From Amoebophrya sp. A120 (lineage: Eukaryota; Protista; Dinoflagellata): a stretch of 64,000 bases of DNA. The notes below the pieces were generated by a model, which was not told where the DNA came from, did not search any database, and was given only the letters and a program-made list of their open reading frames with translations. Position numbers and translations under genes: made by a program. Positions 47,201 to 59,783 of the stretch are shown in pieces. Positions within the stretch are counted from its first letter, which is position 1; the number at the start of each line of letters is the position of its first letter. The DNA lies in assembly GCA_905178155.1 (NCBI GenBank), contig CAJINV010000010.1:2596466-2660465 (forward strand). The letters run 5' to 3'.

Positions 47201-48108
47201 TGGAGACGGACTGTCGTGCACGCAAAGCATCACAGGTTCTCTTATTTTCTGCTCCAGATCAACATTTACCATCACAAGTTGAAGAGACTGTTCCTGACCC
47301 AGACACGTTTGTTACAATGCATACGTTTGCGGAGAGAATCACAATCAGTCAACAGCGCGCGAGCGTGCGGGCCAGCTCGCGGGGCAGCCAGGTCAATCTA
47401 CAAGGCGACTATCAAATGTAAAAGTGTCTGGGTCTGGAAGAATGCAGACTTGTCATGCAGGTTTTCCATGACCCATGAGGTCTGGTATGTAGGACATAGC
47501 ATGACAGATTCTGTGAGAGTTCTATCATGGGTATCCTGCATGAGAAACTGCCTCTCGATGAGGTCAAAAGTGGCGAGCTTTTGGTAATCATGCAACACAG
47601 ATTTTTGAATGATTCAGATTTAGCATGACAAGTTAGATTCTTCCAGACCCAGACATTTTTGCATTTGATAGCGACATATACCACGCAACAGATCCCGATC
47701 CTGGCCGCCCGAGTCAAAGCAAGCGGCTACCGATATTGTGAGGAAAAATCCCTCCTCCCCATATTGAAAGCGCATTCGTCTGAAAATTTGTGATGCAGAT
47801 TTGTGGCCACAAATCCTATCTGTGTTGCAAGAAAGCGAACTCAGAGAGTCCGCCGCATTATGCAGGCGGGTTTGTGATGCTGTTGGGCTTTACAGCCCAG
47901 ACATTTTTGATGCTAGGCGCCTACGCCAAAAACCTCGCGAATCAGGCCCGGCATATGCCTGCAGTCCTCTACTGCAAGACAGATCTGATTTGTGTGCGGA
48001 AAATCAGCATGAGAAACTTCGTTTTGATATAGGGAGGGGGGTTTTATCGTTTTGATAGCCGAAGAAACCGGGGCTCTCTGCTCTGGCTGCCCGCGCTGAG
48101 AAGTTGTG
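41201..48108 (+). CDS. Type I membrane/surface protein, multi-exon; 5' exons uncertain
   Basis: Possible signal peptide MTRRRFFKSVLVLATW; Cys-containing exons at 43067-44018; Thr/Gly-rich stalk; TM segment LWAVLVVLSVFCVIALAIAFAIIFCV rebuilt across an insertion; ends ALAARAEKL*. Confidence 0.6.
43266..43530. mobile_element. Introner, family A
   Basis: Direct repeat GCGCT; joins YLR|WVGCKC; body similar to 5532-5793. Confidence 0.9.
45430..45787. mobile_element. Degenerate introner, family B-like
   Basis: TATCCCGCGTGCAAAAACGTCG / CGACGTTTTTCCGCAGGATA; direct repeat AACAC/GCCAC. Confidence 0.7.
45840..46159. mobile_element. Introner, family C
   Basis: Direct repeat TGCCT/TCCCT; splits a TM helix. 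Confidence 0.85.
46208..46537. mobile_element. Degenerate introner, family A-like
   Basis: TATGCAATGGAAATATAATG / CATTATATTTGCAGTGGATA; direct repeat AACAG/AAAAG. Confidence 0.7.
46831..47086. mobile_element. Introner, family B
   Basis: Direct repeat GAAGG. Confidence 0.75.
47111..47323. mobile_element. Introner, family A
   Basis: Direct repeat CGTTT. Confidence 0.8.
47410..47670. mobile_element. Introner, family A
   Basis: Direct repeat GCGAC; near-perfect TIR of about 32 bp. Confidence 0.9.
47734..48057. mobile_element. Introner, family C
   Basis: Direct repeat ACCGA/GCCGA. Confidence 0.82.
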
Positions 48109-49911
48109 AAAAGTTGTAGCCGCAGTAGACAGATTCAGAATTGCAGTTTAGTACTGGTGCTCCGGCTGCAGTGCTCTACCCTCAATTCTAATTTTGCGAT
48201 TTTGCGTTGCAATTATATCGTTTGAAAATAACCCCCTACCAAGCTATAGCCAGAACTAAATTAAGTATGTTCTCGTCTGCTATTAACTCTCGTTTTTTGA
48301 GTGAATTCCCCCCAACCATTCCCCTTTGTAAATCCCTCTTCATTTGTAGTTGACCGTAATTGTGCGCTCGTACTTTCACAACAGTAGGTACGCTACGCCC
48401 TGCACCGACCTGCTGCTCCGCTGTGTGAGAAGTACAACTACCGGGGCTAAGGGGGCCGAACAAAAATTGGGGACGAGGGCCTGCATGTTGAAACACCCCG
48501 TCCTTGCTGTTCTCTTTGACACCAATAAAGGTCGGGGCGTGAAGATGTTTCTCGATTTTTCCTTCCAGCCTGCTTGTAAGTACGTGAACCTACGACTGAG
48601 TTTTTTTCCTCCTCGTCTAACAACCATATACCATACGTGATGTGCCGATTATGATTATCGAATAATGATACGTGAGAGCTACTACTGCGCTTTCTCGGTT
48701 GCTGTTTTCGTTGCGTCCTCGTTGAAAAAAAGAAAACGTACAACAAAATAGTGAACCAAGCTGTTGTACTTACCTACGATACATCGTCGTCGCTGTCTGT
48801 TGTACTGCTTGACCGCCCTCGGTCTTCGTACTGGTTTCTTTCGACAGACCTAATTTTTATTTCGCCTGCTTTTATTCGTTTTCCGTTTCGTCCACCTCAA
48901 GCACTTCTCGGTGTTGTACCCAGGTAAAAGTAACCCTTTTATCATCTCGACGGAGCAACAAGGAGCGGGCCCGTGCTGTCAACTCTTTCGGTGGTGAGGA
49001 CTGGTCTTCGTGTGATGAAAGCGGATCGTTGCGTATTCGTTATCGTGCGTACTCTTCTTCGTACAGGATGATTTTAGCAGGCTGCGGCCGCAGCCTGCTA
49101 AAGCCGTGAGGTCGTCGTGCAGTGCCGTGAGGCACATCTGTCTTGCGTGCGCAAACGTTCACCGGAAATTCCTCTATATAGAATGACTATAATATACCCA
49201 TGCAACTATGTTGACAATTCTAACAGAGACATGTACATGCTGAGTAGAAAAAACCCGTCCCATACTAAACAGATGTATCATTTTCGCTTTGTGCTTCCCC
49301 CTTTTGCCCCTTCATGAAACAAGTAAGAGAGAGGACGCAGTAAGCTACTTATTTTATTTCTTATGCGGAACAACGTCGACAATTTTGCGCTTGCCCCTAA
49401 TATGTAAGCTTAATTGACTTTGACGCTCCTTCATTCGGGGTTTCGAACGCCATGTACTGGGTTCCTCTAGGCAGCACCTAACCCCACCTCTGTCGCAGCT
49501 TTTCCGAAATAATGTTTGACGAAAGAAAGCAGCGTCATGACCAAGACAGATTCTGACTCGGGCTAGCGCTACTGAAGAACCGTTCTCACGAGCAGACGTC
49601 CGCACATTGTTAAGACCACCACCTGACGATGAACATGAGAATTTATTGTTCATTCTCGTCAGCAGGACAACCGAGACTCGGAGAAGCATGGGGAAGCCTT
49701 GCGTGATTTTCTTGTTCTCGGCCATCGTCGGCAACTACAGGATGAAGCAGGACGAGCAGATGAATAAAAAAAGGACGACCACTCTTTCTCTAGCGTGACC
49801 CGTGGTCAGCCAGACCGAAGAATCTTCGCCGGAACTTCCACAGCGGAGGGAGTCCTCAGTAAAAACTGCGGTGGAAAAATTCTAGGTTGAGGTGCGCTTT
49901 TACTCAGGATA

Positions 49912-52900
49912 GTAAGTACATCACAATGGGTAACTACGCGTCGCAGGTCGACGAGTGCAGATCGGATGGCCTCTTTTGTGGCAGCGGATTTGGACGGTCC
50001 TGCACTTGGTATGAGTGCTTCGACGCGGCGCGCGTCGACTCTCCAGGAGACGAGAAATTTCCCTGTACACACCGTCATGAAGACAACAATTACTACCGCT
50101 GGAATGAATGCGAAATTCTGTCCAGAGTGTTTCTGGAGGGTACAGAAACAACAGAGCATAAACTTACGGACCTCGTGAACAAGTGGAAAGATTGGTATAA
50201 TGACCCCGAGTTTACAGTCAGCGGTACCAGCGCCAGTGCGGCCGCGGCATCATCATCATCATCATCATCGTCGTCGTCGTCGTTTCTGGACAAGTCGACG
50301 CAGGAGATCTCTAACGCGGCACAGGCAAAACAGCTTCGCAGCACGGCCTCGCGGATGTCCTTCCACGAATCTGACACGAATCCGGTGAACGGCGGAAATG
50401 AGATAACTTTTGCTCAGGCACTGCGGTACTGCCAGATAGAGTGCGACGCAAAGTATGATGAAGCTACTGGCTCCGCATCTCAGAATAGATGCGCCGGCTT
50501 TCAGCTGAAGCTCCCGGGACATAATCCAACTTTCGACAATACAGAGTGTGTCTTTTTCGGGGGAGAACTGCCACCGAGCGATTCGGAGATTCTCTCTTCG
50601 TGGCAATCTATCGCAAATGGGAAGTACAGCGTGACGACCAATGACTATTTTACCGACAGCATCAATGTATACCAAGACGTTGCACACCTCTCGTCCAACC
50701 CATCTGCTACGGTTCCGTTCGTGAACACCGGGCCGCAATTATGCAGGTGAAAATGACAGAGACAGCACTTACACCTCCCGAGAATGAATACGATCCTGCG
50801 TGCAAAAATATTGCTGCAGCTGCGCAAGAAGATGATAGATAGAACAGCACTGAATTTTTAATACGAGAAAAATCGATACACTAAATTGTATCTTGCGCGC
50901 GGCGGGCCTGATTTTTTTTCAGATGCTAGTTTGGGTGAACACAGAATGCAGCAATTTCTTACTGCTACATTCAAACGACTTTTCACTGCGCCCCGCTACA
51001 ATGATTTCTCGCTCGTACTCTAATTGTTCTCGCGTCTGAGATGAAGCAACAGGCGTCGTGGCTTGACGAGGAAATAACTCTGCGCAGCGAGAAAAACCCA
51101 TAAAAATAGTTTTTGGACATGGCAGCTGTTGTTCTTGCTCGCGAGGAGATCAGTGTCTGGGGAGGTGGGAAGTTGTACTAGTCTTTTCAAAGTCATAATC
51201 CAGCCCGGTGCTGTACGCATTTGTGCGGTTTGCAGACGACTCGAAGAGCTTGTATTTGCAGCGGAAGAGAGAACTCTCACTGGACAAGACCGCGGACGGC
51301 CACTGGAACTGCGGCGGCCCGACCATCATGGGCAACCAGCTGGCGCTCGACCAGATGAGCCCGGGGAGTGCGCCACCTGAGTGCTGGGGTACCGGCACCA
51401 GTCACTTTGATCCTCTGTCCACCTGTGACAGCGCCAACGCAGAGCACTGCAAGGCCGTAGCAAACTCGGAAATCTACGTGCCGTGTGGGGACGCGAATGC
51501 AGAAACTTCGTGCGCAGCAGACGAAAAGTATGTGGAACAGTGTAAAGAAGGAAGCCGAAGTAACTCCATCAACGACAGCAACTTCTGCGGTACTGGCCAG
51601 ACTTGGGACCACAATGTTTCTTGTATCATCCAGAAAGAAGCTAGCATATCGAGTGATGTCTAGATGATTGTTGTATACCGTACAAGAAAGGACAACAAAA
51701 CAAAGCCGGGCGGTATGGAAAAAAGGCCCATGTTCTTGCGGCAACGCTGTTTGTAGTTGACCTACACGACAGAACGACGTTTGATTTCATAGTTCTTTGC
51801 GAAGAACTTTTTTATTAGCAAATTTATTGATAAAAAAGTTACTTACAGTTACACCCGTGGTATGTTTGCTTTTTTCGTCGGTATTCCTTGTTGCAAAGAC
51901 TACTTCGTCCAGGTCCGAACCATCAGCGCCGCCCGCGGAGCGCTGACCCCGGGCATGGAAATAGCCCTGGACGAGGACGAAGGCGCTGGTGGTGGCCTCC
52001 ACTATTACATCTCCGTGCCGCTCGCTCTCGCCGGCACTTACCCAGCCAACTATGATTCTTGTTTCCTAGCACACGATGATGACACTACGCCCCAGGCCAC
52101 GTTTAAGATTTTCGTGACGATGACAGACGCGGCGCAGAACGTTGGAGGCGTAGGAGTGCAGCTCTGGGGTGAAGTGCGCTCGGAAGGCGCCTCAAATGAG
52201 GTGCCACTTTCGCAGCAAAATTCTTTCTGCGTCCGTATGACAAACCCAGCAGATGGCTTACTAGTAGGAGGGACTGCGAAGGAGTATTCGTGGATTCCCG
52301 CGAGTACATCTTGGGCGTCGGCCGAGCCCGGCCTCTTTTTCGTTCTACCAAACCCGGGGGTCTACACACTAACCATCTTTTTGCGGGAACCTGGGCTATG
52401 CAGTGCAACTAGGTTGTCTGGGTCTGAGACTACATCATTGCCAGGTGCGCGAGGAGCGAATACTATCTTATGTCGCTGACAAGCATTCTTGAAGGGCGCT
52501 CAAAATGATAAACCTGTAGTGCAGCTTTCGCGTGCAGTCCAAACTGTTACCATTTACCTTTACTTGGTCCACCATCCAAAAGATGCATGACAATAAACAA
52601 GTATGAGTATCAGCGTCGTCAGAATAATACTATTGCAGACCCAGACATGGTTGCACTGTATAGCGGTCGCAGCTAAGAACGTTGACCCTTGGAGGAAACG
52701 CGGCGTACTTTCTGGAGCCTAATGACGTGAGCGAAAACCCCGTCACGGCGACGTGGCCCACGACCAGTCTATGACACAGAAAAATATTAGAGCTGACAGG
52801 TGTACAGGATCGTAATAAAACCATTCCATTTTTCCATGCATAGAAGAAAATCGGAGCGGACGCTCCTGCTGATGCAGGAAGATTCAAAAACTTGTAGTTT

Positions 52901-55900
52901 TCCGCTTGTACTGCTACTGGAGAGTTTTCCATGTTCATGCATGTGAACATTATGTATGAGGCCAAGAGGCGGAGTTTCATTCTTGATGGAATCCGCCTTC
53001 TTCTATTGGCCGCACGCGCATGCGGATCAAGACAAGGCATGCACGCAGGAGGTTTTGGACCATCTTACCTTCCGATTAAAAACATAAGCATGTTGCAATG
53101 TGCTGCTAGAACAAGTTGTACAACAGTATTAGATTATTCAAACAGCGACTGTGTCAACACAGCAGCGAAAAAGAAGATGATAGAACAAAGTGAACAAGAT
53201 AGCTTTGGACGATCATTGCAGCTGCCAGCAATAAGAGTTTCTTGTTGATAAAAAACCAGCTCCACCACCGATGCGAACTCGTGCGGGGCTTTTGTGGAGC
53301 AACAAGGTGCAGATGGCATCAATCTCGAGCAGGAGTGCGAAGTGAACCTCTGTGGGGTACTCTTTCAAAACCCAGACAAAAGGGTCAACCCCAGCAAGTT
53401 ATTTTTGTCGGAGGACAAGAAATCGACGGAAAAAGACCGCGTCTCCACGTGTTGCGAACCGACTTCGCATGATACTTGCCCCACCACCACTACCACGCCC
53501 GCCCCCGTCCAGACCTGCTATGGACAGAAAAAAGTTTGGCACAGTTACTTACTATTTTGCAGGTTTTGATGCATTCAGAAAACTTTCTAGCGCCGCACCT
53601 TTGTCTTATATTGCAGAAACACGAATAGGAAGAAAATCACGTAAGTGAAGATGCATGACGATGCATGATTTTTCTATTGCAAGATCACCGATCGATGAGT
53701 GATCTTCGTGGCGAACTTTTTTTGTTCGATACCAGCAGCGAATTTGACAGTGGAGCTGCCGAAGATGCGAAAATCGAGAAGTTGTGCTGGAACCACAGGT
53801 GTAGTACCTTCAACCCACATGCACCACTCTCCGCCGGAGGACAAGATCACTTGGACGAGCAAGCAAAAATCGCTAGTTGTTGTTCGGACTGTGCTCAAGA
53901 CGATGTCGATGAAAATTGTGGGACTGCTAATGCTGTGATTGGGGGACAGCACATGGTTCAACACGCGTGCGAGACACACGGCTGCAACGTGGACGCAATC
54001 CAGTGGGGCGTCATCCTCCCCGATCGCTCGGAGGAGAGTATACTGGAGCATTGCTGCACGCAGTGTGCCGAAGAAGGATCAATGACGTGCGGGGAAGTTG
54101 AAGACGGGATAAGCAACAGCGCTGACAAGATTTCAGAGCTGTGCTCGTCAAACCAATGTGACGGTCCTGACGGGAATGGGGTAGTAAACAATGTCAACCG
54201 GACTGCAATACTCCCCGACCCCAGCTCGGACCAGAGCAAACTCGAACACTGTTGCGTGGGCTGTCCGACGGAATCAAGCAGCACGGAACCGCCCACAACT
54301 CCGACCCCTCCGATGTCAGTCTGTACCGAAAAGAACAACAAAGAGGACTGCAACGCCGCGACGTCTGAAGAGGACCACTGTGTGTGGACGCAGAAGAAGC
54401 AACTTGGAAGCGACGGCTCGTCCTGGGAGGACGTAGGGGGCGGCGCGGCCGAACTCAGCTGTGTAGACTGCAGTGAAATGGATGGCAAGACGGCAGAAGA
54501 GTGCCATTCTTTCTCCAGCGACAAGTGCGTGTGGGAGCCGCGCAGCAGCCTTTGCACTGCACCGGAGAAGGAGGAGACCACGCCGGAGCCTTCTTCTAGT
54601 AGTAGTTCCACCACGACGACAACCACGGTGACCAGCACGACGACCACGCTTATCAAATGCAAAAACGTTTGGGTCTGGAAGAATGCAAGTTTGTAATGCT
54701 TGTCTGGCATGACTCGAAAATCTGTGTTGCATGGGCACGAAAAGGCCCTCTTACCTGTCATGCGAAAACGCAGTTTGCCATTCGGAATACATAAGACATG
54801 GGAGCCAAAAAAATTATCATGCATAGCTGCGTATTGCAGTAGCAGTGCGTCTACCAATCAGTTTTAGCATTACAAGTTTCCAGACCTAGACATATTTGCA
54901 ATGCATAACGCTAACGCAGATAGAAACGAACACCACTGGTCCGCCGGTCAACGCGACCACGGGCCCGCTGCTCCCGCTGCCCACCGACCTGGATGCCGAC
55001 CTGGATACGGGGGGAATCTATCCTGAGTAAAAACGTACCCACACCATAGTCAAGTTGGGGAATCGGCTAGACAAATCCACAAGTTTTGGCTGTTTTGCAT
55101 GACAAATTTGGATTCGTAGTGTAGTGCTGTTTGAGCTAGCTCAGCAGCATCACAGATCTAGCATACCATCGTGATTGGAGCATGACAAATTGCAAAACAC
55201 GATTGGAGAATACTTCTCATGGGGCTCCGCATGAGAAACATTTTCAGCATGCAGATTTGCATTACAACTCTGGTGTGGGTACGTTTTTACTCAGGATAGA
55301 ATCCTGGTTCTCATCATCGCCGTCATTGCCGGCGCGCTCCTCCTATCAAATGCAAATGAATATGTCTGGGTCTGGAAAGATGCGAACATGTGATGCTGTT
55401 TTTGGATTCTAAAAAGATCTGTGTTGCATGAGCAGCAATAGAGGAGTTAGTTCTTGGCACGCGGAGAGGGCACTTCTCATGCGTAACTAGCATCAAGAAG
55501 CTCTCAAAAAATCTGTCATGCTAGCACCAGCAGCACGATCACAGACCTTACGGGTGATGCAAAATGTGCATGAAAAGACCCAGAGCAACATATTTGCAGT
55601 GCATACCTGCTTCTCCTGGGCGGCCTCGCGTTTTTCTGCCTCTGCTCGGGAGACTATCAGAATGAAAAATCTCCCCTCCCCATATCAAAATGAAGTTTCT
55701 GATGCTGGATTTGCGTACACAAATCCTATTTGTCTTGCTGGCGAGGACTGCAGGCCCATACTAAGCCTGAGTAGACGCGTTTTGGCCTAGGCGCTTAGCA
55801 TGACAGACGTCTGCGCTGTCGGTGCAACAGCATGACAAACCGCCTGTAGAATGCGGCGGAGCCTGTGGGGTTGCCTTCATGCAACACAGAGACGATTTGT

Positions 55901-56564
55901 GGCCATAAATCAGCAACACAAATTTTCGAAAACGTGCCTTGTCAATGTGGGGAGCGAGGGGGGATTTTTCCTTTTGATAGAGACCCCACGGCGACCAGCG
56001 CCAACGAGTCGCAGGGGACCGCCCTCCTCGGCGGCGGCCCGAAGGGAAAGGGCAAGGGCAGCAAGGGCAACATCGCGAACGTCATCATTCTATCAAATGC
56101 AAAAATGTCTGGGTCTGGAAGGATGTAACTTGTGATGCGCATTTCAGAACACACAAAAATCTCTGATGCATAGGCAGCAAGAGCTAGAGCTGCTCACTTT
56201 CTGTCACCAAAGTGGGGGATTTGTCATGCGGATTCGGCATAATTGCGGAAGCTTCTCGAAACCTGTGATGCTAGGGCTTCCATGCCAGACCTTCTGTGTC
56301 ATGCAGAAACAGCATGACTTCTCTTCCAGACCCAGACACTTTTACATTTGATACATTCAGCAAAGGAAGAGCGCCCAGATCAACGCGTCCGCATCAGCAA
56401 AGGGGACCATAACACCAACAGACGGAAATAACTACGCAACCGTCCCTGCGACGGGCGCGCCTGTAGTCACTCTGGAGGCGCCGGACGAGAAGACAAGCTC
56501 TGCCGGCCAGGGCAGGAGAGCGGATATGCAACAGAAAAGTAATTGTAGTACACCCATAAATTGA
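49912..56564 (+). CDS. Large Cys-rich type I membrane/surface protein, multi-exon; start not located
   Basis: Cys-rich exons at 49912-50739, 51208-51645 and 53690-54650 (repeated ILPD..S...LEHCC..C units); Thr stalk; TM segment GILVLIIAVIAGALLLLLLGGLAFFCLC rebuilt across two insertions. Confidence 0.6.
52397..52662. mobile_element. Degenerate introner, family A
   Basis: TATGCAGTGCAAC..TGTCTGGGTCTG / CAGACCCAGACATGGTTGCACTGTATA. Confidence 0.7.
54651..54907. mobile_element. Introner, family A
   Basis: Direct repeat ACGCT. Confidence 0.88.
55019..55298. mobile_element. Introner, family B
   Basis: Direct repeat GAATC; reverse complement of 58707-58986. Confidence 0.9.
55344..55605. mobile_element. 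Introner, family A
   Basis: Direct repeat CCTCC/CCTGC; inside a TM helix. Confidence 0.82.
55655..55979. mobile_element. Introner, family C
   Basis: Direct repeat GAGAC. Confidence 0.88.
56091..56353. mobile_element. Introner, family A
   Basis: Direct repeat CATTC. Confidence 0.9.
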
Positions 56565-56836
56565 TGAAGTACTTGCTAACCAGGAATAAAGGTGGAAATG
56601 GAAAACAAATTTATTTTGCTGCGTGCCTGTCACGAAAAACTCTGTAAAGTGGCAGAAATGTTGTTGACCACGACAGAGAGGCAGTTTTGGTTTCGATTTT
56701 CTGAGACGTGCAGGATGCGTGTTGTATAGTATGGTTTAGCCAGCGACTGATATTAGAGCGGCACCAAATACACGGTTTGTCATGCTGAGCAGCAACACAA
56801 GCTTGGTAGGGGAGGAGGTGTGCCTTTAATTTTCTG

Positions 56837-58424
56837 TTGGATAATCTCGAGGAACAAGGGGAATCGGTCGGCGGCTTCCACCGAACAAGCTACCGGTGGT
56901 TCGATGACGGGGAACAAAAGTCTGAAACGCAGTTTACTGAAGAAACAGGCCTTATGCATTGCAAATATCGAAGATCTTTGTGTGGGTCTGGAACTGGCAT
57001 TCTTGTCATGCAAGAAGTTTTCAAGGACAGCAAGTGCAGCAAGATCTGCGCCGCTTGAATACATACAAGTCGCCAGCTTTTATTTTGTCCTCCGGCTGTG
57101 AATAACAATACACTCACACGCAGTGAAGTCTCATTCGTTTTGATGATTTCGCGGATGAATGATCCACAAGAAGCCGCGCACATGAAAAATAACTTCCGAT
57201 GCTGTAATGTAAAGATCAAATTCTGCACAATGACTAGCGGCTTGAAGAATACCCTTTGATGGTGCGAGCCTCCGCAACACAAATGTCCAGGCGTCCACAG
57301 AGAATGAGTAAAAATATTTGCGATGCATAGTCCTCCAATGTAAGCATGGGGCGGAGCGGGCGGCAACGTGAACAACGCAAAAAGTCGAAAATAGCGGGAA
57401 ACAGCACGCTAAACAAGGCGGATTTTCTCCGCGAGACGGCGGCCTATAAGCAGGCGCAGACTTACACCCCGCAAAGTCCCGAGTCCATGGACCGCTTCTC
57501 GGACCAGTTTTTGCTGGGTCCCGAGGGCCAGGCGAGCCCCCCAGCGGGTCCGACGATACTTATCCTGAGTAAAAACGTACCCACACCAGAGTCAAGATGG
57601 GGATTTTGCAACACAAACCTAGGAGTTTTGGGACTCACGCATGACAAGTTTCTGTTTGTAAGGTAGTGCAAGTTAGTAAGGGAAGCCGCATCACAAATCG
57701 ACCTGCTGATCCTGTTCACAGCATCACAAATTCCAAAACACGATTGGAAATGGGTCTCATCGGGATGCGCATTACAAATGTCTTTGTCATTGCAAATCTG
57801 CATTACAACTCTGGGGTGGGTACGTTTTTACTCAGGATAATACTGGAGGGAGATTCATCTTCGGCGTCGTTTTCATCTTCTATATCCGAGTCGGAGAATA
57901 GTTTTTCGTCCTCTCCTCGCAGTAAATCGTCCGGTGGTTTCTCTGCCCCGGCAGATGAACTACTACCAGGCGAGAATTACACCAAGAACCGCAGGAGGGA
58001 CAGTCGCTCCTCTAATCATATTGAATCTGCACCACGAGGACCTCCTGGTGAAGATAGCGATGTTGGCGATCACGACGTGGTCGCGGCTCAACTAGAACAG
58101 GGGAAGTCCTCCTCCCGCCCGGAGATGACCGCGCAAAACGGAGATATTAGTAGAAGAAGGAGCAGCAAGAACAGAACACATAGTAGTCGTATTTCTTCTC
58201 GTGCGGAACCGGAGCAGGAGAATGGTCATGCTGCTATAGAAGCAGCGCGTTCAGATGAAGGACCACAAGAGGAGCCACCTGCTTCTTCGGGTAGTAGTTC
58301 CGATGTAGAAAGTTCATCTTCCAGCGAGGATGAAATACGAGCCAATAGTAAAAATACCTCTGAGTCCGAAGAGGAAGATGAAGAAGATCCGAAAGACAAC
58401 ACCTTCCTTCTCAGACGACGCTAG
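56837..58424 (+). CDS. Ser/Glu/Arg-rich low-complexity protein (3' exons); start unresolved
   Basis: Spliced reading ...SLLKKQA|SNVSMGRSG...PPAGPTI|LEGDSSSASF...DNTFLLRRR*. Confidence 0.5.
56953..57329. mobile_element. Degenerate introner, family A-like
   Basis: TATGCATTGCAAATAT / ATATTTGCGATGCATA; direct repeat GGCCT/GTCCT. Confidence 0.7.
57561..57839. mobile_element. Introner, family B
   Basis: Direct repeat ATACT; empty site present in the paralogous copy at about 58677. Confidence 0.92.
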
Positions 58425-58706
58425 GAGTGCACAAGTTCTTCGTGGTCTGATACTAGGTACTTTCGGATACACTTCTTGCGAGGTGATCCAATTCCAATTC
58501 CATGTAGTACATCCATCTTTATTACCTTTTAGACATAGTTTTATCCTCAGAAGAATACTAATAATTTGAAGTTTTTTGGACCGCTACAAATCAATGAAAA
58601 TTTTGTAGCTCATCCGATCTTCGGACCAGTTTTTGCTGGGTCCCGAGGGCCAGGCGAGCCCCCCAGCGGGTCCGACGGTACTGGAGGGATATTCATCTTC
58701 GGCGTC

Positions 58707-58986
58707 TATCCTGTGTAAAAACGTACCCACACCAGAGTTGTCATGCAAATCTGCATGCTTAAAATGTTTGTCATGCGGAGCCCCATGAGAAGCATTTTCT
58801 AATGGTGTTTTGAAATTTGTCATGCTTCAATCAGCATGAGAGACTAGATCTGTAATGCTGCTGAACTTGCTCAAACAGCATTACACTACGCGTCCAAATT
58901 TGTCATGCGAAACAAGCAAAGTTGGCCGATTTGTCTAGCAGATTTTCCATCTTGACTCTGGTATGGGTACGTTTTTACACAGGATA
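58707..58986. mobile_element. Introner, family B
   Basis: Direct repeat GCGTC; empty sites at about 57864 and 60087. Confidence 0.92.
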
Positions 58987-59063
58987 GCGTCGTTTTCATC
59001 GTCTATATCCGAGTCGGAGAATAGTTCGTCGTCCCCTCCTCGCAGTAAATCGTCCGGTGGTTC

Positions 59064-59685
59064 TATGACGTCCTCAGGTTGTAAATCTGAAATTTTTCCA
59101 AAAAAAAAACTAGCTACTTAGCTAGGTGAGATTTTATCTATCAAAACTAGCTAGCTTAGGAGGAGTGGGCTCGTGGTCTCCAGCTGCGTCTCGGAACGGT
59201 CTCGACGCCAAGCTACCGCGCCCGTCCTTGTCCTCCACATCGGCTCTTGCACGACCTACGGCGAGGGAGGTGAGCACGCACGGAAAGATTTCGTCCTCAG
59301 AATGTACACGCCCCCCGAGGGCCCCCCCCAAGACGACCCCTTTTGGCGTGCCGGGCGACCCCCGTCTGTCCTGGCTCTCCAGAAATCCGTGGCGGCAAAA
59401 GGGGCACCTGTATGCAGTGGACACACTGCAGACCTTAGGGAAACAGACGTATGTCCTCAAGGCGTTGGCAGATAAAATAACCCCGGCGGCGACCAGAACA
59501 AGGAAAAAAAAAACGATGAAGAGCGAAAGGAAGACCTGTAGAAATGCAGCGCTGAGCCGGTGCGCGACGATACCGAAGACGAGGAACAACCGATCTAGCT
59601 ACTGCCCCAAAGGATAGCTTACGCATCAAAATTAGCTAGTTTTTTTTTTGGATTTTTTTCAAATTTACAATCTGAGGACCTCATA
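59064..59685. mobile_element. 622-bp TIR element (MITE or long introner)
   Basis: TATGACGTCCTCAGGTTGTAAATCTGAAA..CCAAAAAAAAAACTAGCTA and its inverse; direct repeat GGTTC. Confidence 0.85.
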
Positions 59686-59783
59686 GGTTCCTCTCCTGCC
59701 CCGGCAGATCAAATACAATCTGAGGACCAGTTTTTGCTGGGTCCCGAGGGCCAGGCGAGCCCCCCAGCGGGTCCGACGATACT

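Noticed and set aside
50248-50284. (CAT)n(CGT)n microsatellite
   Set aside because: Encodes an ordinary poly-Ser linker in an exon.
5532-56353. Recurring short ORF peptides (KMSGSGR, QTQTFLHLI, IWGGGIFPF, SGVGTFLLRI) as a protein family
   Set aside because: They are translations of introner TIRs, not genes.
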